Shown in pieces: positions 39,559 through 48,125 of a stretch of 64,000 bases of DNA. This DNA is from Candidatus Eiseniibacteriota bacterium. GTDB lineage: Bacteria; Eisenbacteria; RBG-16-71-46. Numbering within the stretch: the first letter of the stretch is position 1; each line of letters begins with the position of its first letter. Position numbers and translations under genes: made by a program. The notes under the pieces are model-generated. The model saw nothing but the letters and a program-made list of their open reading frames with translations, did no database searches and was not told the origin of the DNA. The stretch spans positions 220-64,219 of the forward strand of contig JANLOX010000259.1 in assembly GCA_031366795.1 (NCBI GenBank). Reading direction: 5' to 3'.

Positions 39559-40494
39559 ATGAGGCTGGCGTTGGGGTTCGCGCTGCTGGGCGCGACGCTG
39601 GCGTTGGCGCCTGCGCGCGCGGCGGACCTCAATGTCGGCTCCAGTGTGTCCCCGGCATATGTGCACATCGGGGAGACCGCGAATCTTTCGGCGTTCGTGG
39701 AACTGCCGCCGGGGGCCCCGATGCAGCCGAAGTGGCTGCCCCCGGATTCCTCGATGGCGCTGACGTGGGGGCTGCTGCGTCCTTCGCGACGCCCGACGCG
39801 CACGGGCACCGGCGATACGTTGTTCATCGAGGCCACCGTGCAGGCGTTCCAGTTGGGCAATGTCGTGATTCCGGGGATGTCGTTCATTGACGCCTCGAAG
39901 CCGGGTTCCCCGCCCATGCGGTTGCCCGCCGTGCGGCTGACGGTGTTGCCCATGATCCCCGCCACCGACTCCGCGGCCGACTTGAAGCCGGTGCGCGGTC
40001 CCCTCAAGGCGCCGTGGTGGGAAGTCGTGCCGTGGGGCTGGGTGATCGCCATCGGACTGTTTGCGGGACTGCTCGCCTGGCTCGTGGTGTGGTTGCGCCG
40101 GCGCCCGTCCGCCTCGGTGACGGCCGTGGTGCCGTTCCTCGATCCCACTGAGGTTGCGCTCACGCGGCTCGCCGAGTTGCGCGCGCGCAATCTGCCCGAC
40201 ACGGGGCAATTCGGCGCGCATGCCTTCGAATTAACGGTCATCCTGCGGCGCTTCCTCGAGGCGACGGCAGTGCGACTGCGTCCTGGCTACACGACCTCCG
40301 ACCTGACGCGGCGGCTGGAAGAAGCGTCCGTGCCCGCGGGCGAAGCGATGGTTCTCGTGAGCCTGCTGCGCGTATGGGATCGCGTGAAGTTCGGGCGCGC
40401 GCCGTTCACCATGGATGAGGCGCGCCGTTCGGAAGACGCGGTTGAGCAGTTCGTGCGGCGCCGCAAGCAGCTGGATGGGAAGGAGGCCGCCTGA
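39559..40494 (+). CDS. Hypothetical membrane-anchored protein (DUF4381-like, Bat-operon associated)
   Basis: Signal peptide MRLALGFALLGATLALAPARA, a single central TM helix (VVPWGWVIAIGLFAGLLAWLVVWL) and a helical cytoplasmic tail. Its position between the DUF58 and vWA genes matches DUF4381 genes in Bat-type operons. Only the ATG 39559 start was considered. Confidence 0.6.
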   Translation: MRLALGFALLGATLALAPARAADLNVGSSVSPAYVHIGETANLSAFVELPPGAPMQPKWLPPDSSMALTWGLLRPSRRPTRTGTGDTLFIEATVQAFQLGNVVIPGMSFIDASKPGSPPMRLPAVRLTVLPMIPATDSAADLKPVRGPLKAPWWEVVPWGWVIAIGLFAGLLAWLVVWLRRRPSASVTAVVPFLDPTEVALTRLAELRARNLPDTGQFGAHAFELTVILRRFLEATAVRLRPGYTTSDLTRRLEEASVPAGEAMVLVSLLRVWDRVKFGRAPFTMDEARRSEDAVEQFVRRRKQLDGKEAA

Positions 40495-41471
40495 TGCGCT
40501 TCGAGGCGCCCGCGTTCCTGTTGCTGCTGCTGGTGGTGCCACTGCTGTTGTGGCGCGTGGGCAGCTCCTCCGCGCGCAGGCCCGCCGTGCTGTGGGGGCG
40601 CAACGCGCAGGGCTGGGGGCTGGGCGCGGGTTGGCTGCTGCGGCTGCTCGAGATCCTCCCGTGGCTTGCATTGGTCGCCGGCATCATCGCGTTGGCGCGG
40701 CCGCAGCAGGGCGTGCGGCTCAGCGAGACCGAGACGCGCGGCGTGGACATCGTGCTCGCCATCGATATCTCACCCAGCATGATGGCAGAGGACTTCCAGC
40801 CCGATAATCGCCTGGCTGTCGCCAAGAGCACTGCGCGCACGTTCATCGCGGGGCGTCCGCATGACCGGCTGGGGCTGGTGGGCTTCGCGGCGACGGCCTT
40901 CAACCAGTGCCCACTCACGCTTGATCATGAGGCATTGGTCGAGTTGCTCGATGGGCTTGATTTTGGGCTCGCCGAGGACGGCACGGCGATCGGCATGGGA
41001 CTCGCGACGTCCGTAGCGAGCCTGCGCAGCAGCAAGACCCCGAGCAAGGTGGTCGTGCTGCTGACCGACGGTGAGAACAATCGTGGCGCCATCGATCCGC
41101 TGACCGGCGCCGACCTGGCGCGAGCCTACGGGGTGAAGGTGTACACGGTGCTGGTGGGCCGCGGCGGTGTCGTGCCGGTTCCGGTCGATGACCCGCTGCT
41201 CGGGCGGCGCACCGAAATGGTGCGCATGGATGTCGATGAGGGTACGCTGCGGGAAATCGCGAAGCGCACCGGTGGGCGGTTCTACCGCGCCACGGAGTCC
41301 GCGGCGCTGGCGGGGATCTACGCGCAGATCGACCGGTTGGAGCGCGCCCCAATCAAGGCGGTGACGTACCGTGAATTCTTCGATCTCGGTCCCATGCTGC
41401 TGGGGTTTGCCGTGTTGCTCATGGTGTTCTACTTATTGAGCCGCTCGACGTGGGGATTGACCTCGCCATGA
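40494..41471 (+). CDS. vWA-domain protein, BatA-like
   Basis: Two N-terminal TM helices, then GVDIVLAIDISPSM (MIDAS DxSxS) ...VVLLTDGENN... and a C-terminal TM helix. This is the BatA-type topology. Confidence 0.8.
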   Translation: MRFEAPAFLLLLLVVPLLLWRVGSSSARRPAVLWGRNAQGWGLGAGWLLRLLEILPWLALVAGIIALARPQQGVRLSETETRGVDIVLAIDISPSMMAEDFQPDNRLAVAKSTARTFIAGRPHDRLGLVGFAATAFNQCPLTLDHEALVELLDGLDFGLAEDGTAIGMGLATSVASLRSSKTPSKVVVLLTDGENNRGAIDPLTGADLARAYGVKVYTVLVGRGGVVPVPVDDPLLGRRTEMVRMDVDEGTLREIAKRTGGRFYRATESAALAGIYAQIDRLERAPIKAVTYREFFDLGPMLLGFAVLLMVFYLLSRSTWGLTSP

Positions 41472-41520
41472 ACTTGCCCGTGAACATACAGCGCAGCGGA
41501 CGCACTTGCCGGAGGCGCGC

Positions 41521-43257
41521 GTGGTGAGTTTTTCGGATCCGCGCTGGCTGGCTGCGCTGTGGGCGCTGCCGCTGGTGGTGCTGTCCGAGTGGTGGGCTGG
41601 CCGCCGGGTGCGCCGGCGCCTGGGGCTGCTGGTGGGTGAGCGCCCCGCGCACGCGCTGCTCGAGGGCCGCCTCGATCACGAGCGGTTGATCGGCGCCGCG
41701 CTGCGCATTCTCGCACTCGCGACCTTCATGATCGGGGCCGCCGGCCCCGAATGGGGACGCGAGGTCGTGCGCCGCGGCAGCACCGGTTCCGATGTGGTGT
41801 TGTTGATGGACGTCTCGGCGAGCATGGATACGCGGGACGTTCCCCCGAGCCGTATCGATGAAGCGCGCCGCGAGGCCCTGGCCGCACTCGACCGGCTCTC
41901 GGGCAGCCGCGTCGGCGTGGTGGCCTTCGCCGGGGATGCGGTACGGCTGTGTCCGTTGACGCTGGACGTGCCGGCGGCGCGGCTTGTCGTGGAGTCCATG
42001 TCGACGGGTTCTTTGAGCACACCGGGAACGGATCTCGCCAAGGGCTTGCGCATGGCGCTCAAAGTGATGCCACAAGGGCGGCGCGAGGAGCAGGCGATCG
42101 TGGTATGGACAGACGGTGAGGATCTCGAGGCGGGCGCCCGCACGGCAATCGACGAAGTCGCCACGACCGGGATCCGCGTATTCGCGGTGGGCGTCGGCAC
42201 GCGCGAGGGTGATGTGGTCCCCCTACTCGATGGCGGGGGCCGCGTGACCGACGTGAAGCGCGACGAGAAGGGCAATGCCGTGCGCAGCCGGCTCGACGAG
42301 GGGCTGCTGCGCACCCTCGCGCAACGCACGCACGGGGCATTTTTCGCGGCGAATAGGCCGGGCGGCGAATTGGGCCGGCTACTGGGCGCGATCGACAACC
42401 TCGCGCGCAGCAGCCGCAAGCAGCGCCTGGTCGAGCGCCCCGTGCCGCGCTTCCCATGGTTCGCGCTGCTGGGTCTGCTGCTGCTGGCCGCCGATCGCGC
42501 GCGCCCCAAGCGCCGGCGCGAGCGATCAGGACCGGCGGTGCCGATGAGCGATGGGCGCAAGTCCGCGGCCGCGGTACTGCTGGTGCTGCTGCTGTTGTTG
42601 CCTGGCGCTGCGCGCGCGCAGTCGGCCTGGGCTCGCGGGGATCGCGCCTTCGCCAAGGGCCGCTTCGGCGCCGCGGAGTCCTTGTATGCGAAACGGCTCA
42701 AGCGTGGCGCCAATGACGAAGTGCGCGTCAATCGTGCCACGGCCGCGGGGCTCGCGGGGCGTGCCGCGGATGCCGAGCGCGAACTCGAGCTGCTCTCGAA
42801 GGCGCCAGGCCGCGCGGGCGAGGCCGCGCGCTACAATACCGGCACGCTGAAGGCGGAACGCCGCGCTGACGAGGATGCGCTGGCAGCACTGCGCCGCGCG
42901 CTCGAGGCGAACCCGAAGGACGCGGACGCGCGCTGGAATTACGAAGTCGTGGCCAAGCGCATCGACGAGCAACGCCGCAAGGACGAACAGAAGAAGCCCG
43001 ACAACTCGGGCGGCGGTGGCAACGAGCCGCAGCCCTCACAGCCGAAGCAGCAGCCGCAGGGGCAACAGCCGCAGCCTGCTCCCAAGGCGCCAGCGCAGCA
43101 GGGACCGAACCCGCAGAACCAGAACGCGCAGGGTGGGGGCATGACGAAGGAGCAGGCGGACCGGTTGCTCAACGCCCTGCAAGACCTGTCACGCTCCGTG
43201 CAGCAGAAGCGCCAGACGGTGCGCGCGGCAGGCGAGCGCAAGGGCAAGGACTGGTGA
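41521..43257 (+). CDS. vWA-domain protein fused to a TPR region (BatB/BatC-like fusion) with a low-complexity Q/P-rich tail
   Basis: VVLLMDVSASM (MIDAS) ...VVWTDGED..., then TPR-like helices (FAKGRFGAAESLYAKRL...ALEANPKDADARWNYEV) and a QPQ-rich C-terminus. GTG 41521 lies 5 nt after GGAGG. TTG 41506 is an alternative start. Confidence 0.75.
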   Translation: MVSFSDPRWLAALWALPLVVLSEWWAGRRVRRRLGLLVGERPAHALLEGRLDHERLIGAALRILALATFMIGAAGPEWGREVVRRGSTGSDVVLLMDVSASMDTRDVPPSRIDEARREALAALDRLSGSRVGVVAFAGDAVRLCPLTLDVPAARLVVESMSTGSLSTPGTDLAKGLRMALKVMPQGRREEQAIVVWTDGEDLEAGARTAIDEVATTGIRVFAVGVGTREGDVVPLLDGGGRVTDVKRDEKGNAVRSRLDEGLLRTLAQRTHGAFFAANRPGGELGRLLGAIDNLARSSRKQRLVERPVPRFPWFALLGLLLLAADRARPKRRRERSGPAVPMSDGRKSAAAVLLVLLLLLPGAARAQSAWARGDRAFAKGRFGAAESLYAKRLKRGANDEVRVNRATAAGLAGRAADAERELELLSKAPGRAGEAARYNTGTLKAERRADEDALAALRRALEANPKDADARWNYEVVAKRIDEQRRKDEQKKPDNSGGGGNEPQPSQPKQQPQGQQPQPAPKAPAQQGPNPQNQNAQGGGMTKEQADRLLNALQDLSRSVQQKRQTVRAAGERKGKDW

Positions 43258-45545
43258 TGCGGCTCGCCCCGCGCGTGCAACGTGTCCTGATGGTGTTGGG
43301 CACATTCGCCGTGTGCTCCTACGCTCTCCCTGCGCCCGCGCACGCCGAGGTGACGCTGCAGGCCCAGCTGGATCGCTCGTCGATCCAATCGGGCGAGTCG
43401 GCGACCCTCGTCGTGAGTATCGATGGCGCGGATGGCCCGGTAGGCCAGCCCAACGTGACCTTGCCGGACGGTATCCAGACGCTGGGCACCAGCCGTTCGC
43501 AGAGTTTCTCGTGGATCAACGGCAAGAGCGCATCGCAGACGCAGATTCGCATCGAACTGGGAGCGGATCGCGCCGGCACCTTCGCCATCGGTCCCATCGC
43601 GGTGCGCGTGCGCTCGCAGGTCTACACGCGACCTCCCCTGACGCTCACCGTCGCGGCGGACCGTCCGCGCGTGGGGGGTGCTGCGCGCAGCGGCGCCGCG
43701 GCGATGATCGTGGACGTGTCGCCGTCGAATCCCTATGTCGGGCAGCCGGTGATCCTGCGCGTGCGGCTGGTGCAGCGCACGCCGCTCGCCGAGGACCCGC
43801 AGTACACGCCCCCTGCGACGCCTGGGTTTTGGGGCGAGAAGGCTTCGCAGCCGACGTCCTACTACGCGGACGAGAATGGCTCGCGCGTGCTGGTGACCGA
43901 AACCCGCACGCGGCTCTACCCGCTGGCGGCGGGCACGGCGCGCGTGGGGGAGGCCGTTGCCGTGCTGTCGCTGGCGGTGCCCGAGGGGAGTTCGGATCCG
44001 TTCGGCATCTTCGGCGGCGTGGCGCGGCGTGCCGTGCAGGTGCAGAGCCCGCCGGTCGACGTGCGTGTGCGCGCGCTGCCCGGTGGAGCACCTGAAGGTT
44101 TCGATGGCGCCGTGGGGCGGTTCACGGCAACCTGGCTCGGGGACCGGCAGGAGACCCCGAAGGATGTGCCGGTGACGGTCGTGCTGGACGTGCGCGGTGT
44201 GGGCAACCTGCCGCTGTTCCACACGCCAACGCTCACGAGTTCGGATGCCGAGGTGTTCTCCAGCACGGTGCAGGACAGCCTCGGCGCGCCGGGCTCCCTA
44301 TCCCCGGGGCGGCGCCGCTTCATGTGGACGGTCCTGCCGCGCACGACGGGAACGCTGCAGCTCGCCGCACCTCCGTTGGTGTGGTTCGACGAAGTGAGTG
44401 GGCGCTACGTGGAAGGGGCGTTGCCGCCGATCGTCGTTCAGGTCACGCCACCGGTGGGTGGGCACGCGGGTGAGTCCGGTGGTTTCCCTCCGGTGTTCGC
44501 CGAACACCCATTGCAGGCGCAGGCCGGTCCGGTGTGGGCGTGGGGACTGGCCATCGCGGGAGCACTGCTGGGGTGGGTTCTGCGGCGTGTTCGCGCGCTG
44601 GGTGGCAAGGCGCAGCAGGCCGCAGCACCCGCGCCGTCGTGGGTCGAGGGCTTGCGGCATGCGCGCGGCCCCTCGTTCTGGGCGGCGGCGGGTCGCGCCT
44701 GTGAAACGCTTGCCGGCGAAGGCGTCGATGTCAGCACCTGGAAGACGGAGATCGACGCCGCGCGCTATGGCGGACAGGGCCACGACGAGGACCGCCTGCG
44801 CGGCGCCATGCTGCGGCGCGTCGAATTGAGCGTGCGCACCGCGACACAAACGAGCGCGATCGATTGGGCGCTCCCGGCCGGGGCAGCGGTGGTCGTACTC
44901 GCGCTGGTAGCGCTGAGCCTGGGGCTAGGTCGCGGCGACGCGTTCGCGGCGCGCAGCCTGCAGGCGGAAACGCAGGCGCGGCGCGGCGATGTCGATGGTG
45001 CTGCGAACCGTTGGACGGCATTGTGGAAGGACGGCGCGCGAGCGCCGGGACTTGCGGCTCGGCTGGCGTGGGGGGCAGCGCGAGGCGGTGACGTGGCGCG
45101 CGCTTCCGCCTGGGTGTTGCGGGGCGAACGGGGCGAACCGCGCGACGCCGCGCTGCGCTGGACGACGGGACAGGTGCGCGATGCGGGAGGCCTCGAGGGT
45201 TACTCCCCTGCGCGATTGCCGGTGCGGAATCTCGAATGGGGTCTGCTCGCGCTGGCCCTCGGGCTGGCGTCCGCGTGGGCCGGGAGGCGCGGCGCCATCG
45301 TGTTGCTCGCGCTGGCGGCCGTGATTTCGGTCGCCCCCTGGCTCGACCATGCGCGGGCCTCCAAGCAGCCGCGAGCGGTGGTGTCGCGTGCGGTGTCGCT
45401 CGGTGGGGCAGGCGTGGACCTTGCCCCTGGGCAGGTGGTGCGGGTCATCCGTCTCAATGGTGCCATGGCGCGTGTCGCGGCGGGCCCACAGGTCTTGGGC
45501 GATGTGCCCAGTGGGGCGCTGATCGTGGTTGAGGACAACCGATGA
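43254..45545 (+). CDS. BatD-like protein
   Basis: Signal peptide, a beta-rich body, and a C-terminal TM helix (LALALGLASAWAGRRGAIVLLALAAVI) followed by an SH3/KOW-like tail. Position after the vWA/TPR genes matches BatD. GTG/ATG start overlaps the upstream stop. Confidence 0.65.
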   Translation: MMRLAPRVQRVLMVLGTFAVCSYALPAPAHAEVTLQAQLDRSSIQSGESATLVVSIDGADGPVGQPNVTLPDGIQTLGTSRSQSFSWINGKSASQTQIRIELGADRAGTFAIGPIAVRVRSQVYTRPPLTLTVAADRPRVGGAARSGAAAMIVDVSPSNPYVGQPVILRVRLVQRTPLAEDPQYTPPATPGFWGEKASQPTSYYADENGSRVLVTETRTRLYPLAAGTARVGEAVAVLSLAVPEGSSDPFGIFGGVARRAVQVQSPPVDVRVRALPGGAPEGFDGAVGRFTATWLGDRQETPKDVPVTVVLDVRGVGNLPLFHTPTLTSSDAEVFSSTVQDSLGAPGSLSPGRRRFMWTVLPRTTGTLQLAAPPLVWFDEVSGRYVEGALPPIVVQVTPPVGGHAGESGGFPPVFAEHPLQAQAGPVWAWGLAIAGALLGWVLRRVRALGGKAQQAAAPAPSWVEGLRHARGPSFWAAAGRACETLAGEGVDVSTWKTEIDAARYGGQGHDEDRLRGAMLRRVELSVRTATQTSAIDWALPAGAAVVVLALVALSLGLGRGDAFAARSLQAETQARRGDVDGAANRWTALWKDGARAPGLAARLAWGAARGGDVARASAWVLRGERGEPRDAALRWTTGQVRDAGGLEGYSPARLPVRNLEWGLLALALGLASAWAGRRGAIVLLALAAVISVAPWLDHARASKQPRAVVSRAVSLGGAGVDLAPGQVVRVIRLNGAMARVAAGPQVLGDVPSGALIVVEDNR

Positions 45546-46099
45546 AGACGCTGGTGCTGTTGTTGAGTCTGTTGACGCCGATCGAGCAGGCCGATTCCAC
45601 GTTGCAGCAAGCGATGCAGCAGCACCGCGTGCCCGCGCTGGAGCGCACGATGCGGACGGCTTCGGACATCGGCAAGCCGGTCGTGGTGTTCGGTGTCCTG
45701 CTCGCCATCGCGGTGTGCGATGTCGCGCAGGGGGTGCCGCTGGCGCGCGTGGCGCTGGTGAGTGCTGCGGTGGTCAACCTCGCGGTCGAAGTCATCAAAC
45801 GCACGACCGACAGAACGCGGCCCGATGGCGAGCGCAAACGGTCGAATGCTTCGTTTCCCTCCAGCCATGCGGCCAACGCGTTCGCCCTGGCGGTGTTGTT
45901 CTGCAGGCGCTGGCCCAAGGGCTCGATCCTGTTCCTCGGGGGAGCCACGCTGGTGGCGGTGTCGCGCGTCTACCTTAACCGCCATTTCACCTCGGATGTG
46001 GTGGCAGGGGCCCTGCTGGGCGCGGGGCTAGCGCTGTGGGTGTCGCGGCAAATGCGGTGGCCGGCTGCGTCAGCACCCACGGCGGTGGCGCGCAAGTGA
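45542..46099 (+). CDS. PAP2-family (type 2 phosphatidic acid / undecaprenyl-PP) phosphatase
   Basis: KRTTDRTRP ... SFPSSHAANAF ... SRVYLNRHFTSDVVAG are the three PAP2 signature motifs. ATGA overlap with the BatD-like gene. Confidence 0.8.
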   Translation: MKTLVLLLSLLTPIEQADSTLQQAMQQHRVPALERTMRTASDIGKPVVVFGVLLAIAVCDVAQGVPLARVALVSAAVVNLAVEVIKRTTDRTRPDGERKRSNASFPSSHAANAFALAVLFCRRWPKGSILFLGGATLVAVSRVYLNRHFTSDVVAGALLGAGLALWVSRQMRWPAASAPTAVARK

Positions 46100-46193
46100 A
46101 CCGGCGCAAGCCATCGCGGAAGTGATCGGGGTGCAAATGAATGTGGAGCGGCTCACGCGCATCTGCTAGCCTCCGTTGCGAGGAGGTATTCCC

Positions 46194-46667
46194 GTGCCGA
46201 TGATCTCCGCGTTCGGCGCTGCGCAGCTCGACCCCTCGCTCTACATCCCCGAACTCAAAGTTCGGCGCAAGTTCGCTGTCCTCGATGAACTGGTTCGAAT
46301 CGCTGCCCACGCCGGTGTGGTGCGTGAGCCCGAAGTGCTGTGTGCCTCGCTGAATGTGCGCGAGCGCCTGTTCGGCACCGGCATCGGCAAGGGCGTCGCG
46401 GTGCCGCACCTGCGATCGATCGCGGTCATCGAGCCGCGTCTCGTGATCGCGCGTTCACGTCGGGGCCTCGTCTGGGGCGCAGGCGACGGCGCCGCCGTGC
46501 ACCTCGTCTTGCTCGTGCTCTCCCCGGCGGAGGCCGGCGAGGAGGCGCATCTCGAATTCGTCGCTCGTGTTGCTGCGCTTGGACGGTTGCAGCGTAACCG
46601 CACGCGGCTGATCGAGGCGCGCGAGTTTCCCGAACTGGCGGCGGTGTTCGGTGAAGGCGCGCCATGA
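46194..46667 (+). CDS. PTS EIIA-type 2 domain protein (PtsN / EIIA-Ntr-like)
   Basis: ...ELVRIAAHAGVV...LNVRERLFGTGIGKGVAVPHLRS... matches the fructose/nitrogen EIIA fold, with GVAVPH holding the putative phospho-His. GTG 46194 lies 7 nt after GAGGAGG; ATG 46200 is an alternative. Confidence 0.75.
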   Translation: MPMISAFGAAQLDPSLYIPELKVRRKFAVLDELVRIAAHAGVVREPEVLCASLNVRERLFGTGIGKGVAVPHLRSIAVIEPRLVIARSRRGLVWGAGDGAAVHLVLLVLSPAEAGEEAHLEFVARVAALGRLQRNRTRLIEAREFPELAAVFGEGAP

Positions 46668-47002
46668 GCAACCTCGGAGTCCTGCTGGAACTGCACGACG
46701 TCGATGTGCTGCGCGGGGAGATCGCCGATCCCCGCACGGTGTCGCGCTTGCGCAAGCTCGGCTTCACGTTTCCAGTTGCGGCGGATCTCGATGCGCTGCG
46801 GGAACGCCTCGTGGCGCAACTGGAACCGAGGTGGGCCACTCAATATGAGCGGCTCCAGGGCCGCTACGGCCGCGCGGTCACCGTGGTGCGGGGGCGTGCC
46901 TGCCAGGGATGCTTCATCACCCTGCCGACCCGTGCGGCGCCCTCGGACGGCCAGCCGCTGACGACCTGTGAGTCCTGCGGGCGAATTCTATACTGGCGCT
47001 GA
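46664..47002 (+). CDS. C4 zinc-ribbon protein (short COG1579 / zf-RING_7-like)
   Basis: C-terminal CQGCFITLPT...CESCGRILY is a pair of CxxC motifs ending in CGRIL, the zinc-ribbon signature of COG1579 proteins. ATGA overlap with the EIIA gene. Confidence 0.6.
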   Translation: MSNLGVLLELHDVDVLRGEIADPRTVSRLRKLGFTFPVAADLDALRERLVAQLEPRWATQYERLQGRYGRAVTVVRGRACQGCFITLPTRAAPSDGQPLTTCESCGRILYWR

Positions 47003-47004
47003 GC

Positions 47005-47033
47005 GGGGGGCCGCGGCTGCGGCCAGGCCCCCC
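47005..47033 (+). terminator. GC hairpin after the zinc-ribbon gene (GGGGGGCC ... GGCCCCCC)
   Basis: 8-bp perfect stem (47005-47012 / 47026-47033) with a 13-nt loop, 3 nt after the stop. No U-tract. Confidence 0.25.
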
Positions 47034-47134
47034 ACAGACCCGGCTCCCCACAAGATTTGGGTGCTCGCCCGCGCCGTCGGCTATGCTGAACCTTGCACCG
47101 GGCAGGTTCTCCCGCACCGAGGAGGAGTCACACG

Positions 47135-47575
47135 TTGTTCATCCGGACATCACGCGCCAGCGGCTGGCTGTTGTTGTGCGCACTGGCAGGCGGCACGGGC
47201 TGCACCGCGCTGCGCGAACTGCCTCGCAGTGAGTACGCGGCGCGCCCTGAACGCCAGCACGTCAAGATCGAGACGACCGAAGGCCTGCACTACGAATTCG
47301 ACTACGTCCAGGTGGCGAACGATTCGCTGACCGGCTTCAAGGAACGCGACACCGAAGGACCCGTGAGCGAAGTGAGCACGCTGAGCATGCCGCTGGAAGA
47401 TGTGCGCGCGCTGTCGACACGGCAGATCGACTGGTACAAAACGGGCCTCGCGGGCGGCGGCGCCGTGGCGGCGCTGGTTGCGGCGGTGGTCACGACCATT
47501 CACAAGAACAGCGGCAGCAACGATGGCGGCTTGTCAGGCGGCGGCAAGGGAGGGGTCCCTGGCGGCGGCAACTGA
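47135..47575 (+). CDS. Putative lipoprotein with a Gly-rich C-terminus
   Basis: TTG 47135 lies 7 nt after GGAGGAG. Lipobox-like LLLCALAGGTGC, with Cys at +24. The C-terminal half is Gly/Ala-rich (GLAGGGAVAALVAAVV...GGGKGGVPGGGN). Confidence 0.55.
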   Translation: MFIRTSRASGWLLLCALAGGTGCTALRELPRSEYAARPERQHVKIETTEGLHYEFDYVQVANDSLTGFKERDTEGPVSEVSTLSMPLEDVRALSTRQIDWYKTGLAGGGAVAALVAAVVTTIHKNSGSNDGGLSGGGKGGVPGGGN

Positions 47576-47581
47576 GCGCGG

Positions 47582-48037
47582 CTACTCGATGACGGCGCGT
47601 GTCCCGATGACCGCGACGCCCGCGCCGGCCGCATCGGCCACCAGGTCCACGGCGTCGAAGCCGCTGCTTCCGCTCATGTCCAGGAGTTCCTTGACGAGTC
47701 CCAGCGAGAGGCTGCCGTAGCCGGCGATGCGCGGACTGCGCGTGATGAGGCCGGCGGCCAGCCCCAGTGTCATGGCGAGCGAGGCGTGCTGCAGACGGTC
47801 CGCGCGCAGCAGGCCGACTTGCCAGCGGCGGACCGGCGGTAGCGGAAACGCGATTGCCGCGCGCGCGGTTGCGACGGAATCAGGTGCCGCGAATGGGGTC
47901 GCGGTCGCCACGGTTACGGCGGAGTCAGGGGCAGCGAGTGTAGTGGCAACCGGCGCGGCAGCCCGCGCGGGTGGTGAAGCGAGTACGCTGGCGATGATCA
48001 AGATGACGCACCCCCCCGTGGAACCCGAACGCATCAT
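47582..48037 (-). CDS. Hypothetical secreted/membrane protein with an imperfect tandem APDS...TVATA repeat (the only minus-strand gene candidate in the window)
   Basis: ATG (plus coords 48035-48037) lies 7 nt downstream of a perfect GGAGGA SD on the minus strand. Signal-peptide-like N-terminus ([29 protein letters not shown]) and a protein-like C-terminal half with high GC3. The competing + strand reading is an Arg/Cys-rich extension of cca. Confidence 0.5.
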   Translation of the reverse strand: MMRSGSTGGCVILIIASVLASPPARAAAPVATTLAAPDSAVTVATATPFAAPDSVATARAAIAFPLPPVRRWQVGLLRADRLQHASLAMTLGLAAGLITRSPRIAGYGSLSLGLVKELLDMSGSSGFDAVDLVADAAGAGVAVIGTRAVIE

Positions 48038-48125
48038 GCCCACATCCTCCGATCGATCGAACCTGAACCAGTGGCGGCACCGCCTGGATGCCGCACTCGA
48101 ACGCCTGCGCGAGCGAGCCGGCCTC

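Noticed and set aside
47727-48035. N-terminal extension of the cca ORF (MRGLRVMRPAASPSVMASEACCRRSARSRP...)
   Set aside because: Arg/Cys-rich junk-like sequence. The opposite strand has a protein-like ORF with a perfect SD. CCA homologs have short N-termini.
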